This document shows, one piece after another, positions 8,399 to 19,500 of a DNA stretch of 64,000 nucleotides. The translations under genes and the position numbers were made by a program. The DNA comes from Candidatus Poribacteria bacterium (GTDB lineage: Bacteria > Poribacteria > WGA-4E > PCPOR2b), in contig OZ244042.1 in NCBI GenBank assembly GCA_965215015.1, forward strand, positions 3,168,001 to 3,232,000. The letters run 5' to 3'. The notes under the pieces are model-generated. The model ran no database searches, was not told the DNA's origin, and saw nothing but the letters and a program-made list of their open reading frames with translations. Position 1 is the first letter of the stretch. Each line of letters opens with the position of its first letter.

Positions 8399-10682
8399 CT
8401 ACGTTGTTGCACCATGTTTTCGGAGGATTTCAGCGATTTCTGTATGCCCTCTCTTCTCCGCCCAAGCGAGCGGGGTCGCCCATGGTGCACCCGCTAGATT
8501 CGGATCTGCGCCACGGTCAAGCAGAAATTCAACCAGCTTTTTCTGACCAAAGCGTGCAGCCCAGCCGAGCGGGGTTGATTTTAGTTTATCTTCCATCGCG
8601 TTGATATCGGCACCGTGATTGAGCAGCGTCCGGGCGAATTCAACAACCTCTTCCGCTGTATGCCCGTATGTTACAGGGTTACAGCTCTTGCCAGCCAAGT
8701 GATGGAGAATCGTGAAGTTGAACCGCTTATCGCGCGGATTTCGGAGGTTCGGGTCTATCCCGTATTCAAGCAGCATATCTAAAATTGTGATGGAGTCGCG
8801 CCGGTCGAATCCCTCGTTGTTAATTTTCAAATTGCCTAACCGCCAGCCGCGCACCGCCGCTTCTAGCAGATTGAATCCCTTAGCCTCATCATACTCTGGA
8901 TTATCGCGCAGTGCCACCCTGACCATATCAAGATTGCCCGCAATAACAGCATCATTCAGCAAGCCTTTGTGCTCTGTATTATCCCGATGCAGACTCTCCG
9001 CGATGGCAGGGAGATTGTTTGTCAGAAGATAACTCAATAGATCGGCGACCGCGCCGTGCTGAAACATCAGATCCGCAACGCGCTTGTGCCCATATTGATA
9101 CGCCCAGCATACAGCGTTGCCGGACGCGTAGACCGCTGTGTTTGGGTTTGCCCCGTTCTCAATCAGTAGTTTCACGACTTCATAATGTCCACGATTTGCT
9201 GCATACCAGAGCGGATGTCCCCACTGTTTTACCTTCTCGCCGGCGACATCCATCTCAAACGGCGCATCCGGATCCGCTCCAACATCAATTAACAATTGGA
9301 CAATTGGCGTATGCCCTTGAAAACAAGCCACGACCAGTGGGTTATCATAATCCTCCCAAAACGGCACCCTGCTTTTGCAGAGCTGCGTCTTATCCTCGCA
9401 GGCGTTGATGAACCGTTTCGCGCCTTCAACATCGCCAACGCCGCAGGCAACCCAGAGATCATACGCTGCACCTCGAGCAAGCAAGGCACCTGCGAGGATG
9501 GCGTAGGTTTTGTACATCTCATCCGGCACCTTCCAGCTGTGCGCGAGGCAGTGGTGGATCGGCCGGCTCCCGTCTGCGGCTCGATGGTCAATATCGGCCC
9601 CCCCGGTCCAGCAGCTCAAGGACGATCGACAAATCGCCCCGACCAATCGCTTTGAAAAGCGCAGTTTCTCCACCCTTATTGGTCGCATTGATAAGCTCCG
9701 CATCTTGGTTGAGCAACGATCGAATGGCTTCAATATCGCCATCTGCCGCAGCACGGGTTAAGGCTTCACCCTTTGATGTTGTCCCCCGTTGTTCGTTAAG
9801 CCACCCCTCAATGACCTCAACGACAGGGGTGTGCCCACGATCTCTCGCCATTGTCAGTGCACTAGTGGCTTCACGATGGGGATATATCCCATTGAGCGGG
9901 TCCCCCCCTGCTTCTAGTAGTACACGCACAATTTCAGTATGACCTTCCTCTGCTGCAAGATGGATGGGTTGATGTTCATTATTTGAGGCAATATCTTGGG
10001 TTGCTAACTCCGGCTTAACAGCGAGAATCTCCTGAACCCGTTGCAGGTCGCCTGCTTGCGCCGTATTGCAGAGGCCGACTGCGTTGATAAACGAATCATC
10101 GCGTGAGGGTGCGTTTTCATGGAGTGTATCCTTCAACATAGTAATCATCCTTTCAGAATGTAAAGTAGCTTTCAGCCGCTTCCTTGAGGCGCGGAGACGA
10201 TTATCCACTGTTGTCACCGGCACCTCTAGGAAGTCCGCAATCTGTTTCTGTGTAAAACCGCTGATATAGAAAAGTGTTGTGACCTGACGTTGGTTCTCCG
10301 GCAGTGCAGCAACCGCGGCTAATACGAGGGATTTTGTTTCTCGTTCCTCAATCTCATCCGCTGGATCTCTCCCGCCCGAAGGTATTTCGACCATCGTTTC
10401 CAGGGGCATGAGTTGGTCGCGCTTTCTGCGTGTCAAACGGTTGCAGTGTTTGAAAATAATCCGCCGAAACCAGCCCGGGAAAGCAACAGGACCGTAGACC
10501 TTTGAAAGAATGGGATAGGCCTCGATGAACGCCTCCTGTACAGCATCTTCAGCCAGATGGAAATCTCCTAGGATAGAGTAGGCGTAGCCCACTGCCATAT
10601 CCTGGAACTGTTGAACAATTACACCGTAGGCGTCCAGATCTCCGTCTTGTGCACGACTGATAAGTGATTCTAGCTCTTCCAT
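8399..10682 (-). CDS. ECF (sigma-70 group 4) sigma factor fused to ankyrin repeats; frameshifted at a G7 tract (about 760 aa if one G is removed)
   Basis: Sigma2 (LAEDAVQEAF, FPGWFRRI) and sigma4 (QKQIADFLEVPVTTVDNRLRASR) then ankyrin repeats. ORF 9588-10682 ends LLDRGGRY* and ORF 8399-9754 continues ...ADIDHR; removing one C from the C7 run at 9598-9604 restores LLDRGADIDHR. Confidence 0.85.
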
Positions 10683-10954
10683 ATCAACCCCTTATCCTAT
10701 TGATAGATTTCACTATAATAATCCCAATTCACTAAGACAATCCGTGTAAAAAACAGGATTTATTTTATCATTTTGTTACTTTTTTTGCAAACATGCTAAA
10801 CAGTAGAAAAGTCCATTTCGGTCTCGCATGTGAATTTTTGGACTTGACCTCAGCCGTGAGTTGTGAGATACTGAACGGGTCATTATAATACTGATTCTAT
10901 TTTGAAATAACCGTTCACCTTCAATCAAACTTACCTTAAGGGAAACAACATATA

Positions 10955-11287
10955 ATGTCAGATTCTGAACTGTTATCTACACACGCATGGGAGGGTAAAG
11001 AAAGCCCGACTGATCTAAGATACGAGGTTGTTCCCGGTTGGAGAGAAATCCCCGAAGATTGGATACTTGGACAGGTTGCTGGGGTGTCAGCGGACTCGGA
11101 AAACCGCATTTATTTTTTCCATCGAGGCAGTGAACCCCCACCTTTGCTCTGCTTTAACTCCAATGGAAAACTGCTTTTTTCTTGGGACCATATCGCGTTT
11201 GGCCTTCCCCACATGGTGCCGGTTGATGCTGGTGATAACGTGCTGACCGATGACGGAGCGCATATCATCTGCGTGATAGTTGTATAA
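10955..11287 (+). pseudogene. Truncated NHL-repeat / peptidylglycine lyase-like beta-propeller
   Basis: YEVVPGW..PEDW.LGQVAGVSADSENRIYFFHRG is the typical N-terminus of this family, but the ORF stops after 110 aa. Confidence 0.7.
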
Positions 11288-11328
11288 CATTCAAAAAAAA
11301 CTGGAAGCTAGTGAAATCCGTTTTTTGG

Positions 11329-11357
11329 TTGCAGCAAAAAACCGATTCTGATATAAT
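11329..11357 (+). promoter_or_regulatory. sigma70-type promoter for the cox-like cluster
   Basis: TTGCAG-N17-TATAAT with extended -10 TG; the -35 sits inside an imperfect inverted repeat (about 11315-11347). Confidence 0.6.
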
Positions 11358-11433
11358 GCGATTCAATTCAAGGTAAAGTGAGATTTTCGTCCGCCTCATC
11401 ACAGGGCGAGATGTCTAAAAGGAGGCAATACCT

Positions 11434-11907
11434 TTGGCAAAGAAAGTCATTCATACAACAATTAATGGAGAGGCACACACACACGAAGTTGAGCCGCGGC
11501 TGCTTTTGGTTCACTATATTCGCGATGTCGTTGGTTTGACCGGCTCACACGTCGGTTGTGAAACGAGCCTGTGTGGTGCTTGTACGGTTACAGTCAACGG
11601 ACAAGCAGTCAAATCGTGTACGATGCTGGCAGTTCAGGCGGATGGCGCGGAAATTACAACCATCGAAGGGTTGGCGCAAAATGGAGATCTTCACCCGATT
11701 CAAGAGGGATTTTGGGAACGTCACGGCTTGCAGTGTGGTTTCTGCACTCCCGGAATGATTATGGCTGCCCATCAGTTGTTAGCACGGAACCCTAACCCAA
11801 CGGAAGATGAGATTCGGCACGGGTTGGAAGGAAATCTCTGCCGTTGTACCGGCTATCAGCATATCGTTGAGGCAGTTCAATACGCTGCGGAGAAAATGCA
11901 GGGCTAA
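11434..11907 (+). CDS. coxS: (2Fe-2S) small subunit, CoxS/CutS family
   Basis: [27 protein letters not shown]; TTG start with AGGAGG RBS. Confidence 0.93.
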   Translation: MAKKVIHTTINGEAHTHEVEPRLLLVHYIRDVVGLTGSHVGCETSLCGACTVTVNGQAVKSCTMLAVQADGAEITTIEGLAQNGDLHPIQEGFWERHGLQCGFCTPGMIMAAHQLLARNPNPTEDEIRHGLEGNLCRCTGYQHIVEAVQYAAEKMQG

Positions 11908-11945
11908 CAAGCAGGATACAGGACGCAAATAGGAGGAATGATACC

Positions 11946-14282
11946 ATGGCAACAATAGCAGCACCGACTCGGATGATGGGTGCCCCGATTAAGCGACGCG
12001 AAGATCCGCGGTTAATCCAAGGGTTATCCCGTTATGTCGATGACATTAAGCTGGTGGGCACTCTTCACTGTGCATTCCTGCGCAGCGACTATGCCCACGC
12101 AGTCATCAACAGCATTGATACATCAGCAGCGAAAGATTTACCCGGCGTCGTTACGGTGATTACCGCTGAAGACCTAGGGGAGGTCGGGGGCATCCCCTGT
12201 GGCGCGGAAATTCCAGACCTCAAGATTCCAGATCATCCCGCGCTCGCAGTGGGACGGGTGCGATTTGTTGGTGAGCCAGTCGCTGCGGTTGTGGCAACAG
12301 ATGCGTATACTGCCAGAGATGCGCTGGACCTGATTGAAGTTGATTACGAAGAGCTGCCCGCTGTCACCAATCTTGATAAGGCGGTCGAAGCAGACTCGCC
12401 GTTGATTTATGACGACTTTGGCGACAATATCGGCTTCACGACGCCGCTAGAGGCTGGCGATGTAGATGCGGCTTTCGCGGAAGCAGACCATGTCGTATCT
12501 CAGCGTTTCGTCAATCAGCGTCTGATTCCGAATGCAATGGAAACGCGTGGTGTGTTAGCTGAATACCTACCGGGCGAAGGCACCCTTACCGTCTGGTCCT
12601 CAACACAGGTTCCGCACATCCTTAAAACGCAGTTGTCTATTATCGTCAATGTGCCAGAACAGAAAGTGCGCGTCATCGCACCGGAAGTTGGCGGAGGCTT
12701 CGGTAGCAAGTTGAATGTTTACCCCGAAGAGGTCGTTGTCTCATATTTGGCGATGCAATTACGCAAACCGGTGAAATGGACGGAGAAGCGGACGGAGAAC
12801 TTCACGACGACAATTCATGGCAGAGATCAGGTCAACTATGTGGATGTTGCGGTCAATAACGATGGAATAATCACAGGGGTTCGTGCGAAAATTCTTGCCG
12901 ACCTCGGGGCGTCCTATCAGTTGCTCACCCCGCTTATCCCCACGTTAACAAACCTTATGATTGTCGGCTGTTATAAGATTCCGAATGTCCAGATCGAGCT
13001 GGTCGGCGTCTTAACAAATAAGATGGCGACCGATGCATACCGTGGTGCGGGACGTCCTGAAGCGACCTACATTATCGAGCGCATGGTTGATTTGGCAGCG
13101 GGGGCGGTAGGAATGGATCCGAAAGATATTCGGTTCAAAAACTTCCCGCAGCCGGATGAATTTCCGCTTGAAATCCCAACTGGAATTATCTACGATAGCG
13201 GCAATTACCAAGAAAGCTTTAACAAGGCTTTAGGAATTGTTGATTACGATGGCTTGCGAGCTCAGCAGGCGCAGCTCCGTCAGCAGGGTAGATATCTGGG
13301 AATTGGTATCTCCACCTATGCTGAGATCTGTGGTATGGGCCCCTCCATAGCGATGCCCGCCGGCGGTTGGGAAAGTAGCACCGTCCGGGTCGAACCGACC
13401 GGGAAGATTACGGTGTTGACTGGTGTTTCGCCACACGGTCAGGGGCAAGAGACCACCTTCGCACAGATGATCGCCGATGAGTTTGGCGTCGATATTGACG
13501 ATGTTGTAGTCATCCATGGCGACACCGGAAGGCAGCCCTACGGTATAGGCACCTTTGGTAGTCGAGCAACGGCTGTCGGTGGAACGGCGATGGTTATTGC
13601 CGCAGGTCAGGTGAAGGAAAAGATGGCAAAGTTCGCGGCGCACCTGATGGAAGCCAATCCCGAGGACCTCGCCTTTGAAGACGGAAGCATCTTTGTCGAA
13701 GGTTCACCGGATCAAGCGATTGACTTCGTGGCGGTTGCCCTAGAAGCACACGTCGCTAAAAACCTTCCGCCGGACACGACCCCTGGGCTCGAAGCAACGC
13801 ATTTCTTTGAACCGTCGAACTTTACCTATCCATTCGGTGCCCACATCGCAGTCGTTGAGGTTGACGCCGATACCGGCGAAATCACTATTCAGCGATATGT
13901 ATGCGTTGACGATATCGGCAATATTATCAACCCTTTACTCGTTGCGGGACAGGTACATGGCGGCATTGCACAAGGTTTGGGGCAGGCGCTGTACGAAGGC
14001 GCAGTCTACGATGAAAGTGGGCAGCTTTTGACTGGCTCATTTATGGACTATGCCGTTCCCAAGGCGACACAGATGCCTCACTTTGAAACAGACCATACGG
14101 TGACACCGTCGCCTGTAAATCCGATGGGAGTCAAAGGGGTTGGCGAAGCCGGGACGATTGGCTCAACGCCGTGTATGGTCAATGCTGTTGTGGATGCCTT
14201 AGCACCGTTTGGGGTGAAGGATATCGAGATGCCATTAACGCCGAACCGTGTGTGGCAGGCAATCCAAGACGCAAAGGGTTAA
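11946..14282 (+). CDS. coxL: Molybdopterin large subunit, CoxL form II / xanthine dehydrogenase family
   Basis: GGGFGSK, AYRGAGR (form II signature), GTFGSR, KGVGEAG. Confidence 0.9.
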   Translation: MATIAAPTRMMGAPIKRREDPRLIQGLSRYVDDIKLVGTLHCAFLRSDYAHAVINSIDTSAAKDLPGVVTVITAEDLGEVGGIPCGAEIPDLKIPDHPALAVGRVRFVGEPVAAVVATDAYTARDALDLIEVDYEELPAVTNLDKAVEADSPLIYDDFGDNIGFTTPLEAGDVDAAFAEADHVVSQRFVNQRLIPNAMETRGVLAEYLPGEGTLTVWSSTQVPHILKTQLSIIVNVPEQKVRVIAPEVGGGFGSKLNVYPEEVVVSYLAMQLRKPVKWTEKRTENFTTTIHGRDQVNYVDVAVNNDGIITGVRAKILADLGASYQLLTPLIPTLTNLMIVGCYKIPNVQIELVGVLTNKMATDAYRGAGRPEATYIIERMVDLAAGAVGMDPKDIRFKNFPQPDEFPLEIPTGIIYDSGNYQESFNKALGIVDYDGLRAQQAQLRQQGRYLGIGISTYAEICGMGPSIAMPAGGWESSTVRVEPTGKITVLTGVSPHGQGQETTFAQMIADEFGVDIDDVVVIHGDTGRQPYGIGTFGSRATAVGGTAMVIAAGQVKEKMAKFAAHLMEANPEDLAFEDGSIFVEGSPDQAIDFVAVALEAHVAKNLPPDTTPGLEATHFFEPSNFTYPFGAHIAVVEVDADTGEITIQRYVCVDDIGNIINPLLVAGQVHGGIAQGLGQALYEGAVYDESGQLLTGSFMDYAVPKATQMPHFETDHTVTPSPVNPMGVKGVGEAGTIGSTPCMVNAVVDALAPFGVKDIEMPLTPNRVWQAIQDAKG

Positions 14283-14283
14283 T

Positions 14284-14320
14284 ATAACTTTCCGAAGATT
14301 TCAAACCTTCGGAAAGTTAT
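14284..14320. repeat. Perfect 14-bp stem-loop between coxL and coxM
   Basis: ataactttccgaag-N9-cttcggaaagttat. Confidence 0.85.
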
Positions 14321-14349
14321 GCCCCAGTGAAGGAAGGAGGAAATAACGA

Positions 14350-15204
14350 ATGATTCCGGGAAGTTTTGAATACTTTGCACCGACAGCACTTGATGAAGCG
14401 TTATCGCTCTTGCAGGAACATGGAGACGATGCGAAGGTGCTCGCTGGTGGACATAGCCTGATTCCGACGATGAAATTACGCTTGGCTGAACCGGCGGTCC
14501 TCATCGACATTGGACGCATCGGTGACTTGAAAGGGATCTCTGAGTCAGACGGAAAATTGGTTATCGGTGCGCTGACGACGCATCACGAATTGGAGAGCTC
14601 GGATCTGGTTCAGCAGAAGGTGCCGCTGCTTGCACAAACCGCTGCCGCAATTGGCGATGTGCAAGTGCGCAACAAAGGTACGATCGGGGGCAGTCTTGTA
14701 CACGCGGATCCGGCTGCTGATTGGCCCGCAACGATTCTCGCACTTGATGCCAATCTCCAAATTACCGGCCCCAATGGCGAGCGGACTGTCAAGGTAACCG
14801 ATTTCTTCCAGGGACTGTACGAAACAGACCTTGGAGATGACGAAATCCTCACAGCAATCCATGTGTCGATTCCAGACGCTAACACCAAAGGGACATACCT
14901 GAAGCTGCACCAAGTGGCATCAGGATTTGCCCTCACGGGTGTGGCTGTCGTCTTGGCAAAATCCGGAGACACCTGTCAGAGCGTTTCTGTCGGCATCACC
15001 GGTGTTTCGGATGCCCCGTATCGGGCGTCGGGCGTTGAGTCTGAACTGACAGGGGTAGCACTGAACGCGGGGAATATTGCTGCCGCTGCTGAGAAAGCGG
15101 TTGACGGGGTAACTGCGTTGGAAGATATCCACGCAAGTCAGGCGTATCGTCAAAATTTGGCGAAGGTTTACACCCGTCGGGCGATTGAGAGTGCTGCGTC
15201 ATAA
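14350..15204 (+). CDS. coxM: FAD-binding medium subunit, CoxM/CutM family
   Basis: LAGGHSLIP.MKLRLA.P, RNKGTIGGS..HADPAAD. Confidence 0.92.
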   Translation: MIPGSFEYFAPTALDEALSLLQEHGDDAKVLAGGHSLIPTMKLRLAEPAVLIDIGRIGDLKGISESDGKLVIGALTTHHELESSDLVQQKVPLLAQTAAAIGDVQVRNKGTIGGSLVHADPAADWPATILALDANLQITGPNGERTVKVTDFFQGLYETDLGDDEILTAIHVSIPDANTKGTYLKLHQVASGFALTGVAVVLAKSGDTCQSVSVGITGVSDAPYRASGVESELTGVALNAGNIAAAAEKAVDGVTALEDIHASQAYRQNLAKVYTRRAIESAAS

Positions 15205-15511
15205 TCAGTCAAGGTAATGCGTCAAACGTAAAGGTCTCGTGCCCCCGATAGATTGGGATTTCGCTACATTCAACTTGCGTTTTACCTGTGACACCTTGCC
15301 AACTCGCTACATAAGGTGCCTCAAATTATACAACTTATGGTGAAAGTTAGTCATGCAGTAGTTTCTACAAGGATTGTAGTACCTACATACGTTGAGAGAG
15401 TCTTCGCCCTGTAGTTCAGCGATTCATCGCCGCACATGACAACTCTCACTGCCCGATGAATCGGGCAACTCCAGACGGTTGTTCCCTACTGAAGTGCGTA
15501 ACTCCTAATAT

Positions 15512-16505
15512 TACTAAAGTTTGTATAATTTAGGTGAAAAGAGGCAGAAAAGCGGTTATCCTTTCAGCAATCACCACAATTTTGAAAGGAGGGTTATAAT
15601 GCACCGCATTTTCTGCCTCGCTGCTATTTTAACGCAAGTTGCTAGATAAGTCGTAGGTCGAGTTTCCATACTCGACATCTACTAAAAATGACCAAATTTA
15701 CGTAAGATTCGGGCTGCTGAACGACGTGCAGTGATTTTCTCGATCTATCGTGCCTCGACCCAAGGCGGCACCTGGCCGCTGGGGATATGAATGAGTCCCA
15801 ATCCATGTAAGAATTGGAACCAATGGTCATTCTCCCCTACTTTACTTGCAGCACCCTTGCATTGTCAAGCAGAGTAGTATGCACAAAGGGCACGGCACAC
15901 AGAGTATGCCTACTAGCAATCGGTCTTATCACTCACCGACCCTGTGCCACGGTGCCCAGCATTTATCAAGGGTTTCGCCCCAACACGGGTTACAACTCAT
16001 TAGTGAAGTGCCTCTCCCGTGGCAAATGGGACACCGATGCAGTTGCCAAACATCTGATTAAATTGGGACATGGGGTGGTTGACAGGTGGGCCTACATTTA
16101 CGACAAGCCCCGGTCGATACAGACCGGGTGCAAATAATTTGGACTCCATTTCTTTAGCAGTCATCGCTACCCAAAAGCGGAACACCAATCCATCAAAGTT
16201 TCACTAAAGTATCAATCGAGATGGGTGCAACTCAGTTTTGTGACAAGTTGTTTGACCCAACGGACATTCAACGTCGCTTGTGCCACAGGCAATTCAATTA
16301 CAATCGAACAGGTGTGCCGGGCATTGGGCATGGATTGGTATCGCCCCCGTAAATTAACACGCGGGTTGATGGTGGAGTATCTGTGTGTCTTAATTGAGGG
16401 ACGATTATTTTCGGCGACCTCCCTCGAAGCTACCTACTCGCTGGTTGTTCAACAGACCCTTGATAAAGCTGCATGAATTGCTATCAAATTGTACAAACTT
16501 TAGTA
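15512..16505 (+). mobile_element. Decayed IS element with 20-bp TIRs and fragmented transposase
   Basis: tactaaagtttgtataattt (15512-15531) vs aaattgtacaaactttagta (16486-16505), 19/20 inverted match; RBS plus ATG at 15599; only short fragments remain (16225-16476 looks like a transposase C-terminus). Confidence 0.7.
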
Positions 16506-16556
16506 GCTACTAAAGTATTGTGAGATTCTTCAATTTGGCTGAAAACGAAGGACGAT

Positions 16557-19500
16557 ATGCAGACAATTCCTGAATTTTTTTATGGTAAAGTGATACTGAT
16601 CGCCGGTGCGACCGGATTTCTGGGTCAAGCACTTGTGGCGAAAATTCTCACTGCGCTTCCCGATGTGAGGCGAATCTATCTGCTCATCCGCAGTCAAAGT
16701 GGAGCTAATGGAGAAAAGCGGACCGCAATAGATCGGCTAGAAAATGAGGTGTTTACTTCAAGTGCCTTTGCGAAACTTAGACAAATTCACGGAGAGCGTT
16801 TTGCCGGATGGATTCGTGAAAAAGTCTGTGCGGTAGAAGGTGATTTGGCTTACGAGCGGCTCGGACTCTCTGATGCTGCTTATGAAATGTTGCAGCGCGA
16901 GGTGCAGGTCTTCATTAACAGTGGTGGTCTCGTCAAATTTGATCCACCTATTGATGCATCCTTGCAGAGCAATGTGCTTGGGTCAAAGTACGCGGTTGAA
17001 TTAGCAAGAAGCTGTAACGACGCGGTTTTTCTGCACGTGTCGACTGCTTATGTTCGTGGTGTTCAACCGGGAAAAGTTCCTGAAGAGTTACATCCACCGT
17101 ACGAAACTTATGCCGAACAATATCAAGCAGAAAAGGGAGAAGTAATCCCTGGCACCCTTGATGCCGAAATCGAAGATATCCAACGACTGGGCGAACAGGT
17201 TAGGGAGGAAGCGAATCAACCTGAGAGACTCGATCAATTCCGGCGTGAAGTCCTACGAAATTTAGGTGCTGACACAGGAGAAAAGCTGAACAAACAGATT
17301 GATATTGCGCGGGGGAAATGGGTTGAGCAGCGTTTAACCGATGAAGGTTTGAAACGGGCCCATACGCGAGGTTGGAACGATACTTATACCTATATGAAAG
17401 CCCTCGGGGAACAGATGATTGCTAAGATGCGAGGTGATCTGCCGACAGCAATTATTCGCCAATCAATTATGGAAAGTAGTCTTGAGGATCCAGAGCCGGG
17501 ATGGCTGGGGGGTACGCTTCGTATGGCGGATCCACTTATCGTGGGCTTTGGAAAAGGGCGTTTGCCGGACTTTCCCGGCGACCCGAATAGTATCCTTGAT
17601 ATTATTCCTGTTGATTTCGTTATCAACGCTATTTTAGCGGCGACGGTGCGGACCTATTACCAGCAAGGTATTGAGGTCTATCACGTTGCGAGCGGCGCGC
17701 GCAATCCCCTGACTTTTGGCGATATCGTCGATATCACTCACGACTACTTTGTGCGACAGCCCCTGTTGGCTAACGGCAAGCCGATACCTGTTCCTGTGTG
17801 GAAGTTTCCAGCAGAGGCGAAATTTCAGAGTGATTTGCGCTATAAGCTGCGATTGCTCGACACAGCTAGCCGTTGGCTCAATCGCCTTCCATTGAGATGG
17901 GCAAAACGGAAGGAGCGCCGAATCGCAGTCAAAAAGAACGCTATTAAGACCCTACTACACTATGTGCAGATTTATGGCCCCTATGTCCGCCTTAGTTTTG
18001 AATTTGAAATTGGCAAGACAGAAGAACTTTACGATTCCCTTTCGCCTTCAGATCAACAACATTTCAACTTCGATATTTCACGTATTGATTGGCGACGTTA
18101 TCTCCAAGAAATACACATCCCAGGAATCAAACGACACTTTCTCAAACTAGGCGACGACTCAGGGAATCAGAGAATCAGCGAACCGACACCCGATCGAATT
18201 GACGAATTATCGGCGGATACTTCCGAAATACCAGAAATGGACAAACAAGCCCACAATGAATCCGGGGAGCAACCTATTAAACTGACCCGACAGGATCGGG
18301 ATTCAAAGCCCCTTGAGTCTCAGACAATGATCGATTTGGTTGCTCAACAGGCAGAGTCTATTCCAGATAAAATCGCGTTGCAGACGAAACGGGGGGGCGA
18401 GTGGGTGCGCTATTCTTATCGTCAACTCTATGAGGTTTCGCGGCAGGTCGCTTTTACGCTGTGGAAGCGGGGTTATCGCAAAAGTGATCGAGTAATCCTT
18501 TTCGCTGAAAATCAACCAGAGTGGGGTATCGCTTATTTAGCTGCTGTGCAGATCGGTGTCATTGTGGTTCCAATTGACCCACAGACCGCTGAAGAAGAGA
18601 TTTTCGCGCTTGCGGAGTACACTGAAGCAAAGGCAATTTTGACTTCTGAAGCCTGTGTCGCTCGTTTACATAGTACCCCGATAAAGCCCCGGGCGGAATC
18701 GACATCACCAGAGTTCTTGAATATCAATCGTTTCTGCCAACCTTTTGGAGGTGAACAACCCGAAACCTCTGTTCCCACGGATTGGGGACTGCCCGCAGTT
18801 CCTGATAACTTCCCCGATATGGACATTCATCCAGATACGGTTGCGTCAATTATTTTCACGATGGGCACAACCGTAGATGCACGAGGGGCAATGATCTCGC
18901 ACAGGGGCTTTATTGCGAACGTTGTTGCTGTTTCACAAGTGCTGCCTCCTGAAGACACAGATCAATTTCTTTCGGTACTGCCGTTGTACCATGCTCTGGG
19001 GTTCTCCTGCAATTTCTTGATGTCAATTTATGCCGGTACAACCACCACATACACCAATAGTTTAAGACCGACTACGATTTTAGCAATCATGCGGGAGACC
19101 AAGACCACTGTTCTGATTGGGGTGCCGCGTCTGTTCCAGCTGCTCTACGATGCAATTAAGCGTTATGTTGTACAGTCTCCCGAAGCAATGGAAGCTCCGC
19201 TTGCCCCAGAAGTTGTTCAAGAGATTCAAGCTGCGTTGGGTGGGCATATCCGCGTTCTGGTCAGCGGTGGCGCTGCATTGCCGGACGAAGTGTACGATCG
19301 ATTCATGGAGTTTGGATTAACAATCTATCAAGGTTATGGCATGACAGAAGCCTCTCCTGTTCTGAGTGTCAATCCTCATCACAAAAGCAAACGGGGGGCG
19401 GTTGGCCCCGCAGTTGAAGGGGTGCAGCTCGAGATAACCAACCCTGATGAGGACGGCATTGGTGAGATTGTCGCAAGCAGCCCAAGCCTGATGCAGGGTT

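Noticed and set aside
11946-14282. Bona fide aerobic CO dehydrogenase
   Set aside because: Lacks the AYxCSFR Cu-binding motif and form I gene order
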